Source: a virus. Taken from it: 64,000 nucleotides of DNA. Position 1 is the stretch's first letter. The number at the start of each line of letters is the position of its first letter. The notes below the pieces were generated by a model, which was given only the letters and a program-made list of their open reading frames with translations, was not told the origin of the DNA and did no database searches. A program made the position numbers and the translations under genes. The DNA lies in IMG/VR virus record IMGVR_UViG_3300047546_001733, positions 1-64,000 of that record. One strand, 5' to 3'. This document shows positions 26,299 to 35,592 of this stretch, piece after piece.

Positions 26299-26379
26299 AA
26301 ATCTCCCTTAACACAATAAAAGCGGGGTAGTATACCGTGTCTAACCAGAGTCAAACTTGTGGTAAACTACCCCTCTACT

Positions 26380-26401
26380 ATTATACCCTATTTTTGTGTC
26401 A
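26380..26401 (-). promoter_or_regulatory. putative late promoter
   Basis: TGACACAAAAATAG-GG-TATAAT; 14-mer identical to 30178-30191. Confidence 0.65.
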
Positions 26402-28543
26402 GCGTACTGGGCAAGCCCCACCAACACAATCAGGGTCAAACTCATCTTCATCTGTAGCCGTTGATTCACGGGCATACAAAGCTTTCACAATATCCTGCCA
26501 TGTGATGTGAGCAACATTGAGGTGATGCCATGCCCACTGGGCTTCATCAATTTCCTCGTATGGCATAAGCGGGTACGCACCACTGTATTTTGGTAGGAAT
26601 GATACCCCGATGTAATCATCCCAGTTTGACATAATTAGGTCAATAATATCATTCACCTCATCGTTATTAAACGTGATGGTAATTGACGTATTGTGGTCAG
26701 TCCAATACTTTTGGAGCGTGAAATACCGTTTTAGTTGTTCAACAGCGGATTCCTCATTTGCAGAGCGGGTTGCGCTTGTGCGAATAGGAAATTCAATCAC
26801 CCACGTCTGTGCTTTATCCAATACCAACATTTTTTCGTAGTCGCCGAGAAGTTTAAATTCCTCTGGCATCATGACTGATGCTTCTGGGTATGTTGGATAA
26901 CCGACGGCAAGCATCGCCTTCGCAAGCGGGTCAAAACTAGAAATACGAACACGACGAATGTAATATGGCGCATACGATGCGTGAGCACCACTTGACACAG
27001 TCGGTAGTTGTGCAATAGTACCACTTGGTTTTTGTGTAGTAACCAGCAGGGGAACGGGAATACGAAGTTCACTTGCATACTCCTGAGCCGCTTTATTTGC
27101 AATTTTATTCAACTCACCCAAGAACATCGCCAACGGGTACTGCATAAGACTGCCGTCGCTATTTAAGATGGGAACGAGTGCAGTTTCATCAGTAGAGTCC
27201 ACACCACAGGCGTCCATAGCCTCAACATACCCCGTGAAAGATACCCCAGTCAAACGGTCACGCTTCTGTACTTCATCCCAATGGGGAAGTTCTAGTGTAA
27301 CCGTAGTCATACGCAGTCCAATACGTGTGGCAAGAATAACTGCGTTTGCAAGCGCATTATAGTCAATCTTACCATTTTTCACATACCCAGCCATGTTGAT
27401 TTCTGACAAATTACATACACCATTGTCCGCAAGTAATATTTCGGCACATGGATTTGTACCAGCATAATTTGGGCGACGTTTTGAAGCCGCCTCGGCATTG
27501 ATAAAGCCCGGCTCACCATTATCCGCAATACGGGAAAAAATATCCTTGAGTTGCTCTCTGGTTGGCTTCTTTTGAAAATAAACCGAGTTGTTACTCATTG
27601 AGCGATACCGAAATTCTGCCTTGTTTGGGTCACTCCAAAGATTTGACTTTGCGTCAAGTACATCTTTGTCGGTAATATCAAACAACGTAATTTCACTAGA
27701 ACGACGTACCCCACCAACGACAACACACGAGCCGATAATATTCATAATATCCATCGCCTGTACGGTGGTTAGTTTATTATTACCACGACACATAACACGG
27801 TGAATCTGTTTGAACATATCACGCAGTGCGGTATGACCAGATGCACGTCCACCAAAAGTTTTGAGTACTTCACCCTGTTGACGCACATTATCGTAGTTAA
27901 TCATAATGGACTCAACATACTTCTCTGAGCGCATAGTCTCAAAGTACGCATTCAAAGCAGAAACCCAACCCTCTTTCGAATCACCAACAATAATATAAAC
28001 ACCACCAGAATCTTCATAAACCTGTGTTTCATCAATACGTTGTTCAGCCTTCTTTGGGTGATACGGCTTATGAGCAACAACTACGTTGGTTTTAATTTCT
28101 GCAAGTTGGCTCACATCACTTGGAAGAACACGAAATCCAACACCAGTACCCAACATCATCAAGTAAAAAGCATCCACAAATGCAGTGAATGAGTCCACTA
28201 CAGTAAAAGAACAATTAAAATTAGCCAGAGGAAACTTGCGAGCGGCTTCAGTTCCACCAATCCACATAGTACGCCCTGCGGTGAACAAACGTAAGTTAAA
28301 CATCTCATCAAAGAAATGCTCCGCTTCTTGACGAAGTAGAGCAGTATCTGTAGGATTGGAATGTAAACTCATAGAATACTCAACAACACGGTGACACGTT
28401 TCTTTCCAGTGTTCTCTCCGACCTAACTCGGGAATAAACCTCGAGTAAGTACGCAAATAAACAAATTGCCCAAGAATAGAATTCCACTCAGGATTGTCAG
28501 CATACTTGCTAAGAAAAGAATCGCTCAAATAACTAGTTTTCAT
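26399..28543 (-). CDS. nrdJ: class II (AdoCbl-dependent) ribonucleoside-triphosphate reductase
   Basis: RTYSR, FNCSF, TNPCAEI, KPSGT, PYEEI, C-terminal CVGGACPVR. Confidence 0.93.
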   Translation of the reverse strand: MKTSYLSDSFLSKYADNPEWNSILGQFVYLRTYSRFIPELGRREHWKETCHRVVEYSMSLHSNPTDTALLRQEAEHFFDEMFNLRLFTAGRTMWIGGTEAARKFPLANFNCSFTVVDSFTAFVDAFYLMMLGTGVGFRVLPSDVSQLAEIKTNVVVAHKPYHPKKAEQRIDETQVYEDSGGVYIIVGDSKEGWVSALNAYFETMRSEKYVESIMINYDNVRQQGEVLKTFGGRASGHTALRDMFKQIHRVMCRGNNKLTTVQAMDIMNIIGSCVVVGGVRRSSEITLFDITDKDVLDAKSNLWSDPNKAEFRYRSMSNNSVYFQKKPTREQLKDIFSRIADNGEPGFINAEAASKRRPNYAGTNPCAEILLADNGVCNLSEINMAGYVKNGKIDYNALANAVILATRIGLRMTTVTLELPHWDEVQKRDRLTGVSFTGYVEAMDACGVDSTDETALVPILNSDGSLMQYPLAMFLGELNKIANKAAQEYASELRIPVPLLVTTQKPSGTIAQLPTVSSGAHASYAPYYIRRVRISSFDPLAKAMLAVGYPTYPEASVMMPEEFKLLGDYEKMLVLDKAQTWVIEFPIRTSATRSANEESAVEQLKRYFTLQKYWTDHNTSITITFNNDEVNDIIDLIMSNWDDYIGVSFLPKYSGAYPLMPYEEIDEAQWAWHHLNVAHITWQDIVKALYARESTATDEDEFDPDCVGGACPVR

Positions 28544-28564
28544 TCTGTATATTCTCCATTGTTT

Positions 28565-28870
28565 TTATTCTCCGACTACACTGATGATTGCATTAAAATC
28601 CAGATTTTGCGTAAATCTATAATTCTTCAATGCTTCCGCAGTTTGTTGTGTTAACCATTCATTACGAAAGTTAGTCATAATCTCAGTCTGCATAATCTCC
28701 ATAAACTGACTCACCGAGTTAACCCATTTAGTACTTTGGGTTACAATTCCCGTATGGAAAAACTCTGAGTCACTGTGCGTCACTGAGTAGTTAATAGTAA
28801 AAAACCCGCTCTCGTTTACTGTAAACGCAATAATAGCAAAAGTAAAATTACCTGAACTTGGTATATTCAT
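28565..28870 (-). CDS. hypothetical protein
   Basis: TAATG coupling with MazG gene. Confidence 0.7.
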   Translation of the reverse strand: MNIPSSGNFTFAIIAFTVNESGFFTINYSVTHSDSEFFHTGIVTQSTKWVNSVSQFMEIMQTEIMTNFRNEWLTQQTAEALKNYRFTQNLDFNAIISVVGE

Positions 28871-29244
28871 TAGCGGTTGTCTCCATTTCCCTTAATAACC
28901 CCTCGTTGGGCACGGCTCTTAATTTTTACGAAGTTCTCATAAAATACATCACTAATAGAAACACCAAGGTCATCTGCAACAGCAGTAACATACCAAAGCA
29001 CATCGCCAAGCTCGGAAACAATATCATCAAATCTCTCCTGTGTTAATTGACCATCATCATCACGCATAAGTTTCTTTACCTTACCCGCAACTTCCCCGGC
29101 TTCATTGACGAGACCCAATACTGGGTAGATTAGATGGTGTTCTTCTGCATACACCTTTGTACTCCGCACAAACAACTGATAGTTATGTAAACTCTCTACA
29201 TTCTCAGTTTCTGACTCTTTACCTTGAATAGATTCATCACTCAT
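28870..29244 (-). CDS. MazG-like nucleotide pyrophosphohydrolase
   Basis: LGLVNEAGEVAGKVKK...ELGDVLWYV...N..KIKSR. Confidence 0.9.
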   Translation of the reverse strand: MSDESIQGKESETENVESLHNYQLFVRSTKVYAEEHHLIYPVLGLVNEAGEVAGKVKKLMRDDDGQLTQERFDDIVSELGDVLWYVTAVADDLGVSISDVFYENFVKIKSRAQRGVIKGNGDNR

Positions 29245-29247
29245 TTG

Positions 29248-29607
29248 TTATTTACCCCACTTACCTTTCATTAAGATTAATGCTATAATAGCATAGTTTG
29301 CCAAATCTGTCAAATTGTCTTCAATTGACTCGTTCTTGGGGGATTTCTTTCCAGAAAAAGTGCCTGTAGAAATATCAAATCCGTAAAGATTCATTAGGCG
29401 TGCTGTTTTGTCCCAGATACGTACAATTGCGCCAAATTCTCCTGTCCCTAACATATTGTGCGGTGAATAATCCTGCATCTTTTCAGCGTGTACTCTGTAG
29501 AGTGTTTCTGTAATCTCTTTGAACATAGCGTATTGTTCAGGATATTTCTCCCTGTCAATAATGTTTTCGGGATATGCTGTTTTTTTACTTAACATAATCT
29601 TCCTCAT
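29248..29607 (-). CDS. DUF1599-like (nucleotide-modification-associated) protein
   Basis: K..DY, VRIWDK..RL, ESIEDNLTDLANYAII. Confidence 0.75.
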   Translation of the reverse strand: MRKIMLSKKTAYPENIIDREKYPEQYAMFKEITETLYRVHAEKMQDYSPHNMLGTGEFGAIVRIWDKTARLMNLYGFDISTGTFSGKKSPKNESIEDNLTDLANYAIIALILMKGKWGK

Positions 29608-29694
29608 TACTATATATATAATTATAATAACTAAATACTTTTATTATATTCTATTTATATATAGTATAATATATTCCCCTCGGGGGGTAATTTG

Positions 29695-29775
29695 ATTATA
29701 CCACACCGTGAAAAGTTTGTCAAGTCCCCCTTAATTTGCGGTTGTATTGACAATTCACTCCGCCCATGGTATAAT
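29695..29775. promoter_or_regulatory. back-to-back consensus sigma70 promoters
   Basis: Minus: TTGACA (29723-29718)-17-TATAAT (29700-29695). Plus: TTGACA (29747-29752)-17-TATAAT (29770-29775). Both have the TGG extension. Confidence 0.9.
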
Positions 29776-29819
29776 TTTATTGGGTATATGTATACCCTAT
29801 TTATTTGTCAGAGGTACCT

Positions 29820-30191
29820 ATGAGTCAATTATGTTGTGTGTGTGATAATTACGCCAAAAGAAACAGTAGATTTTGTGTAAGTTGTAAGGCAATCTACTCT
29901 GTTGTTAACAAAGAACCCTGGTTTGAAGAATTATGTAATCTTATGAAACGTCAAAGACGCATTGATGATATTGAAAAATATTCTATCTACGATAGTAACA
30001 CAAAGTCACTTCAAAGTAAAGTACGAAGAGGTAGAGGGAGACCTGTTACGTCAAAAGTAGTTCGTGAACTTGTACTTAGTTTAAAGGACACATCGCCAAA
30101 TTCCTCTATAAGAGAGATTGAAACATTGTGCGCTTCTGCGGGTGTAAATGTTTCGCGAGAAACAATTCGTAGAATTTTGACACAAAAATAG
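29820..30191 (+). CDS. zinc-finger + HTH DNA-binding protein (candidate late regulator)
   Basis: CxxC...CxxC, RGRGRP, SIREI...VSRETIRRIL HTH; GAGGT RBS. Confidence 0.65.
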   Translation: MSQLCCVCDNYAKRNSRFCVSCKAIYSVVNKEPWFEELCNLMKRQRRIDDIEKYSIYDSNTKSLQSKVRRGRGRPVTSKVVRELVLSLKDTSPNSSIREIETLCASAGVNVSRETIRRILTQK

Positions 30192-30199
30192 TATATACT
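30178..30199 (+). promoter_or_regulatory. putative late promoter
   Basis: TGACACAAAAATAG-TA-TATACT ahead of the structural operon. Confidence 0.65.
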
Positions 30200-30232
30200 A
30201 ATAGAGAGTATTTTTTTTTTCTAGGAGGTTTT

Positions 30233-31021
30233 ATGGGAATACCCGTACCGAGTTCAACCGTAATCACCTTGGCGGCGCAAACAATTAGCAGTGAATACTA
30301 CCAAGAGTTTATGCTCAGTGATGAGAATGGTAACATACTTGGTGGAATTAATCCCGCCTCGGTTTCAGTAGCAGTAACAGGTTATAATTCAACCGCTACT
30401 TCTTATCAAGGGACAAGTTTCCCTATTGGCGGTGTTCATATATCAGATTTAACTGGTACAGATTTCACGGAGATGGTAGATGGTGAAACTGCAACAGTTC
30501 GTTTAAATAATCGCCGGGCTATAATGACCGCTACTGATGGTCAAGTAACGACACTCGTAGAATCATTACCTAATAACTATCACGACACTGTTGTGTGTAG
30601 TGGTGCAGTATTTACCACAGCCCTGACTAATGCGTATGCGTCTTTCTTTGACTACAATGCACAAAGTAACGTGCGCTACATCTACGTACCATTAAGTAAA
30701 AGCGGTTGGAGACGTGCGACAGTTTACATTCGTCATAACTTGATTAATGTATCTGATTCACAACCAACAGTTCTACCCATAACTTTATCCGCAGATTTTG
30801 GTCAACTTGATGATGATTTCACTATCAAGTCAGACACAATTAGCGGTGTTGTCTCTGCATACGCATCCAAAGCGTACACTTGTTATTCTTTCAGTGGTAC
30901 GTCAAATGCCAAGGAGTACATTCCAGAATTAGATTCACCCCTTGCTGGAATTATTGTTACTGTTGCACCAAATCAATCAGTAACTGGTAACTATGAAATT
31001 TACATTAGCAAGGGGGCTTAA
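30233..31021 (+). CDS. putative virion-associated beta-rich protein
   Basis: AGGAGG RBS; S/T-rich; first gene of structural operon. Confidence 0.6.
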   Translation: MGIPVPSSTVITLAAQTISSEYYQEFMLSDENGNILGGINPASVSVAVTGYNSTATSYQGTSFPIGGVHISDLTGTDFTEMVDGETATVRLNNRRAIMTATDGQVTTLVESLPNNYHDTVVCSGAVFTTALTNAYASFFDYNAQSNVRYIYVPLSKSGWRRATVYIRHNLINVSDSQPTVLPITLSADFGQLDDDFTIKSDTISGVVSAYASKAYTCYSFSGTSNAKEYIPELDSPLAGIIVTVAPNQSVTGNYEIYISKGA

Positions 31022-31569
31022 TGAAAAAAGGTCAATTTGTTGAGTGGGATTCTTCAGGTGGTACTGCCCGTGGTAAGATTGTAGCAATTGTGCGTAACGG
31101 AGACGTTCCGAATATTGATGCAAAAGTCACGGGAAGTCCAGAAGAACCCGCCGCTCGAATTCAAGTATACCGAAAAGATGGTGATGACAACTACGAAGCA
31201 ACTGATACTTTTGTAGGACACAAACTAACGGAACTACGCAGTATTAAATCACTTGCATCTTTAGAAGAACTATCGCCCCGACAGCAATACTTAGTAGAGT
31301 CATATCTAAATACAGTCGAGATGTTCGGTATGTTTAGTAGAGATACTACGTCCGAAGGTGCTCATTATATTGATGCGAGTCAGAATGTATTCGCCTCAGA
31401 GGGACTAGCTTGTAAAAATTGTGCATTTTACGCTGAAGACAGTGGCTCCTGCTCAATTGTTTCAGGTCCCGTTGAGGAAAACGCAGTTTGTAAACTTTGG
31501 ATAATTGAAAACGAGTATTTAGGCGAATCTCCTGAAACTACTGACGATGAAGAGGTCATGGATGAATAA
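31021..31569 (+). CDS. Tudor-like (DUF2945-type) + HiPIP-like 4-Cys domain protein
   Basis: KKGQFVEWDSSGGTARGKI N-terminus; CKNCAFY...CSIVSGPV...CKLW. Confidence 0.6.
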   Translation: MKKGQFVEWDSSGGTARGKIVAIVRNGDVPNIDAKVTGSPEEPAARIQVYRKDGDDNYEATDTFVGHKLTELRSIKSLASLEELSPRQQYLVESYLNTVEMFGMFSRDTTSEGAHYIDASQNVFASEGLACKNCAFYAEDSGSCSIVSGPVEENAVCKLWIIENEYLGESPETTDDEEVMDE

Positions 31570-33139
31570 AAATTTTTCAGAAGGTCAGTGGAAAGTAAGT
31601 GGTTCAAGCCGACTTCCTGTTGCTAACGATGAGCAGTGGGATGGTGATAGTGCTCAGAATCAGATATTTTCATTGGCTGGTTTCGACACAGACAATCCTA
31701 AAATAGAGATTGCTAAGCGAGGTTTTCTTGTATATGATGCAAGTAATCCTACGCTTAAAGGTTCATACAAGTTGCCATTCGCAATTGTGCGTGACGGAGA
31801 ATTATACGCATCAACTGCCGGATTGCGAGCCGCATCTCAAAGACTACCACAAACTGATATTCCTACCTCCGTTATGGAAAGTGCCCAACGTGTTCTTGAT
31901 ATGTACAAAAGTAAGGCAGATTCTGCCGCTAAGTACGCAAACATAAACTTTTCACCACCTGATGGAGTTGCATCGGCCGCTAAAAGAGGGCTAGAACTTC
32001 ACGAAAAGGGGTTGAGCGGTTCTGGGTTGGAGTCAGCTACCGTCCTATGGGCAAGAAAGTATGTGAATGGTGAGTCTGTTAGTCCAGCACGGGCGAGAAT
32101 GGGTAACCGATTTTTCGGTAGAAATGCCCGTTTTGCTAACGCCCCTAAAGACTCTCCCGCATGGGTTTCATGGCTTCTTTGGGGTGGTAGTGCTGGTAAG
32201 TCGTGGTTTTCAAAACTTGTGGCACAAATGGATGCCGCAGATAAAAAAACATCTGCCACTATTCATGGTTTTATAAAAGTTGCCGAATTAAATATACAAA
32301 ATCCATTTTTAAAAGAAGTAGAATTAATACTTACCGACTTCGAGCCAAACTCTAATCGTGAGGGTATTCGTCGTAGTGAGGCACAAAATATTATAAAAAC
32401 CGCCCTCTACACCCCAATTAAAATTGCAATTTCAGATACTGATTATGCTGGTCATAAAGATGCGGTTCCCATTGGACCAATTACCAGTGTGTACGAAGAT
32501 ACGCACGACGGTAAACCAGTAATTAAAGCAAAAGCCGTTATATGGACTGACGAGTATAATGACGTTTATGAAATCCTAAAAGCCCAGTCTAGCGAACGAG
32601 AGTATATCGGAACTTCGTGGGAAATTTACTACGAATCCGCCACAGCAGAAAACGGCGTTAACTGGCTTAATAATGTTATATTTGCAGGAACTTGTATTGT
32701 CGATGTCCCTGCATACGGTGACAGAACTAAACTTCTTAGTAAGGTAGCAGAAAAACAAATGAATGAACTAAATGAACAACTCGAGCAGTTGCAGAAGCAA
32801 CTAGCCGAAAGGGAGACTGAACTCGATGAGCTACGGAAAGAAATCAATGCCTACAAAGCAGAAGCCGATGCCAAAGCCCAAGCCGAAAAGCGGCAAAATG
32901 TAGTTGTAAAACTACTTAAGGCTGGATTTACGCAAGCTGAGGTTGACGAAAAAATTGAATTTTATACAAGTCTTGAAGATTCTCTTTTTGATAAGATTAT
33001 TGTAGATTTTGTGCGTAATCGCACCGAAGCCTCACAAAGTTCAAATCAAGTCCCGGTAATTCCTGAGGTAGGTGGTTCACATACACCCCTTTCACCGAAG
33101 CAAATTGCCCAAGAGTTTAAGAAACTCAAAGCTAAGTAA
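31547..33139 (+). CDS. multidomain prohead protease/scaffold
   Basis: SYKLPFA and WLLWGG modules, H..PIG / GTSWE / PAY protease-like core, coiled-coil C-terminus; upstream of capsid genes. Confidence 0.7.
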   Translation: MKRSWMNKNFSEGQWKVSGSSRLPVANDEQWDGDSAQNQIFSLAGFDTDNPKIEIAKRGFLVYDASNPTLKGSYKLPFAIVRDGELYASTAGLRAASQRLPQTDIPTSVMESAQRVLDMYKSKADSAAKYANINFSPPDGVASAAKRGLELHEKGLSGSGLESATVLWARKYVNGESVSPARARMGNRFFGRNARFANAPKDSPAWVSWLLWGGSAGKSWFSKLVAQMDAADKKTSATIHGFIKVAELNIQNPFLKEVELILTDFEPNSNREGIRRSEAQNIIKTALYTPIKIAISDTDYAGHKDAVPIGPITSVYEDTHDGKPVIKAKAVIWTDEYNDVYEILKAQSSEREYIGTSWEIYYESATAENGVNWLNNVIFAGTCIVDVPAYGDRTKLLSKVAEKQMNELNEQLEQLQKQLAERETELDELRKEINAYKAEADAKAQAEKRQNVVVKLLKAGFTQAEVDEKIEFYTSLEDSLFDKIIVDFVRNRTEASQSSNQVPVIPEVGGSHTPLSPKQIAQEFKKLKAK

Positions 33140-33166
33140 TTATAATAAACGAGGTATAACAAAAAA

Positions 33167-33697
33167 ATGGCTGTACTAGTAACTACTCTACGTTCTCGCC
33201 AAGCCGTGGCTAACTCGACTCTTATTGAGGGTCGTGCCGTCGTGGTTGGTACAAGTGGCGTTCGAGAAGACCTTCCAATTGCTTCATATGCAAGTGCAAA
33301 TACAACTCAGGGAGTTTACGTGGCATTTTTCCCGCCCGATAATTTCCCCCGTCCTACATATGCAAGTATGTACACTGCTCCATATAAGCAGACCTACAAT
33401 CTAAACAACAACGCTCTTTACGGTAGCCCCACATTCAACGAGTTGCAATATCTTGTTCCTCGCAGTCAGTGGAAAGAGCCTTCAATTTACTCAGGCGAAC
33501 TAGTTGCCTTACACTGGGGTAGAGTTGGCATAACATCTAGTTGTTTCACAAACGAGGCAGACATTCGCGTGCCCGGTAACAAAGTGAAGGTCGGTACAAG
33601 CGGACTATTCATTCACGCAAACAACGGTACAAATGCCTGTGGTGAAGTTGAGCGATACGACGCTGATAACGGCGTGCTTTACATAATTCTTTACTAA
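33167..33697 (+). CDS. capsid decoration/cement protein
   Basis: Position between scaffold and major capsid protein; size. Confidence 0.55.
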   Translation: MAVLVTTLRSRQAVANSTLIEGRAVVVGTSGVREDLPIASYASANTTQGVYVAFFPPDNFPRPTYASMYTAPYKQTYNLNNNALYGSPTFNELQYLVPRSQWKEPSIYSGELVALHWGRVGITSSCFTNEADIRVPGNKVKVGTSGLFIHANNGTNACGEVERYDADNGVLYIILY

Positions 33698-33723
33698 CTA
33701 AACTTGGAGAAAACATAAAATAA

Positions 33724-34671
33724 ATGGATAACAAAGAACTACAAAAGGCGATTGCTGAAACAGCAAAGACCGCTGGTCAGAGTGCCACTAAGCGTTCAGC
33801 TTACGCTGAGTTGATGATTGAGCTTGTGGAGCCTAATCACCTAACCTTAGAACTCTTCCGAACATTCATGCCAGCACGCCAAGCAAATCTAGGTGATGTA
33901 CCTGTAAAGCGTGTGCGTCGTGGGCGATACCCAGTGCAGAGTATGGTGCCCAACACTGCTCACTTGGTTGCTAACCCACCGGATGTGCAGGATTACCACA
34001 CGTTCATCTTTGACCGCTTGATTACTGGTGTGCGTGAGTCAACGTGGAATCTTGAAAACAACCCAATTACGACAACAGAGAATATCCGTAACGGTATGCG
34101 GGCTGACCTCAGCGATGCAGTAATCGCTAAGATTTTCTCACTACTTTCGACAACATGGAATGCTACCGACACACCTTCAAATTATTCGACCACTTCGGCA
34201 CTTACATACACTCAACTGGACACCATGATTGAGAACGTTATGTATACCGCAGGTGATGTGAAGGCTATTATCGGTACAAGACGTGCCGTGCGTGACATCT
34301 ACGAATTCGCAGGTTTCCGTGAGTACGCCTATGCCGCAGGTGGGCAGAATAACATCGCTTACCCAGTGAATCCTTTCCTACTTGAATACCTAAACACAAA
34401 CAGAGTATCAGTCTATAAGGGCGTGCCCATTATCGAACTTCCTCAGGTGTTTAGAAACAGACTACCCAATCTACGTGAGGCACTTATCCCTGAGGATAAG
34501 ATTCTAGTGATTGGCGCAGATGCTGGTGAAATTTTGATGTACGGTGACATTACGTACCAAGATTATACTGATATGACTGTTCAACCTGCTGACTACGTTC
34601 TTCATGGATGGATGCAGTATGGTTTGGTTGTGGATATGCCCGAAAACATTGGTGTAATTAAACTTACTTAA
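33724..34671 (+). CDS. major capsid protein
   Basis: 315 aa, HK97-like end (YKGVPIIELP...YGLVV..PENIGVI), followed by terminator. Confidence 0.8.
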   Translation: MDNKELQKAIAETAKTAGQSATKRSAYAELMIELVEPNHLTLELFRTFMPARQANLGDVPVKRVRRGRYPVQSMVPNTAHLVANPPDVQDYHTFIFDRLITGVRESTWNLENNPITTTENIRNGMRADLSDAVIAKIFSLLSTTWNATDTPSNYSTTSALTYTQLDTMIENVMYTAGDVKAIIGTRRAVRDIYEFAGFREYAYAAGGQNNIAYPVNPFLLEYLNTNRVSVYKGVPIIELPQVFRNRLPNLREALIPEDKILVIGADAGEILMYGDITYQDYTDMTVQPADYVLHGWMQYGLVVDMPENIGVIKLT

Positions 34672-34686
34672 CCATAATGAAAGGAT

Positions 34687-34711
34687 GAGGGGGTTTTACC
34701 ACCCCCTCTTT
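34687..34711 (+). terminator. hairpin terminator after the capsid gene
   Basis: GAGGGGG-loop-CCCCCTC-TTT. Confidence 0.6.
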
Positions 34712-34721
34712 AAGGAAGAAT

Positions 34722-35225
34722 ATGTCTACTAACAATATTTATGTGGGTATTGACAACACTATTCATACAAAGTACGCAAAAGTACCTTTGCATATGGTAG
34801 GTGGTGTTCGTTTAAATCCCAACGACCTTACTCAAAAAGTTCCTTGGATTTTACAGACAAGTCCACTGAATTATGACCCAGTAACAAAAAAAGTTAATTT
34901 TGTGTATGAAGACGAGGTTATTGAGTTGTACTCAAAAAAAGAGCATGATGCGTTTCTCCGTCTTAATCAAAAATTACTTGAACAAGGACTGCTTAAAGTT
35001 TTTGAGGAAAGTCAAGAATCTGTGAATGTGGAAAACACTATTCCAGACAGCGAACTAGAAAAGATTGCGAGCCTTCGCTCCACATTCAACGACACAGTCG
35101 ATAAACTTACTAGTGTAGTAACACTAGAGCGTTTGAAAAAAATCGCTATAAATTCCGGTAAGTCAATTAAAAAAATCCAGTATATTGACTCCCGAATTGA
35201 GGCACTAACAGATGGGGATAGTTAA
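34722..35225 (+). CDS. hypothetical head-associated protein
   Basis: Synteny. Confidence 0.5.
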   Translation: MSTNNIYVGIDNTIHTKYAKVPLHMVGGVRLNPNDLTQKVPWILQTSPLNYDPVTKKVNFVYEDEVIELYSKKEHDAFLRLNQKLLEQGLLKVFEESQESVNVENTIPDSELEKIASLRSTFNDTVDKLTSVVTLERLKKIAINSGKSIKKIQYIDSRIEALTDGDS

Positions 35226-35592
35226 TCCAAACGACATACTTTTAATACGCCAGAAAGCAGAAGATTTTCTTCTTAGTACTGCTTCCTTAGTGAAATTTAC
35301 AGGAGTTTCTTCAGTAGATGGCGCAATTGTAAATACCTATTCTGCTCCTGAGTCAATAGCTTGTAGAATTTTAAACCGTTCAGGTGACGTTACCTCATCG
35401 GTATCTGCTCAGTTTCGAGCATTACAGCAAAGTACATCAAGGCAGTTATATAGATTGCAGATTCCATACGCAACTACCGTTACCACAAAAGATAAAATTA
35501 TCTATAATAATAAAACGTATTTAATTAAATACGTACCAATTAAACACGAAATGATGGGTGCCCAGATTGTCTTCATCGAGGAACTTGACTAA
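35212..35592 (+). CDS. head-closure protein
   Basis: 126 aa, DKIIYNNKTYLI pattern, synteny. Confidence 0.65.
   Translation: MGIVNPNDILLIRQKAEDFLLSTASLVKFTGVSSVDGAIVNTYSAPESIACRILNRSGDVTSSVSAQFRALQQSTSRQLYRLQIPYATTVTTKDKIIYNNKTYLIKYVPIKHEMMGAQIVFIEELD

Noticed and set aside
29608-29675. AT-rich tract as replication origin
   Set aside because: No iterons seen; explicable as the leader of the leftward promoter.
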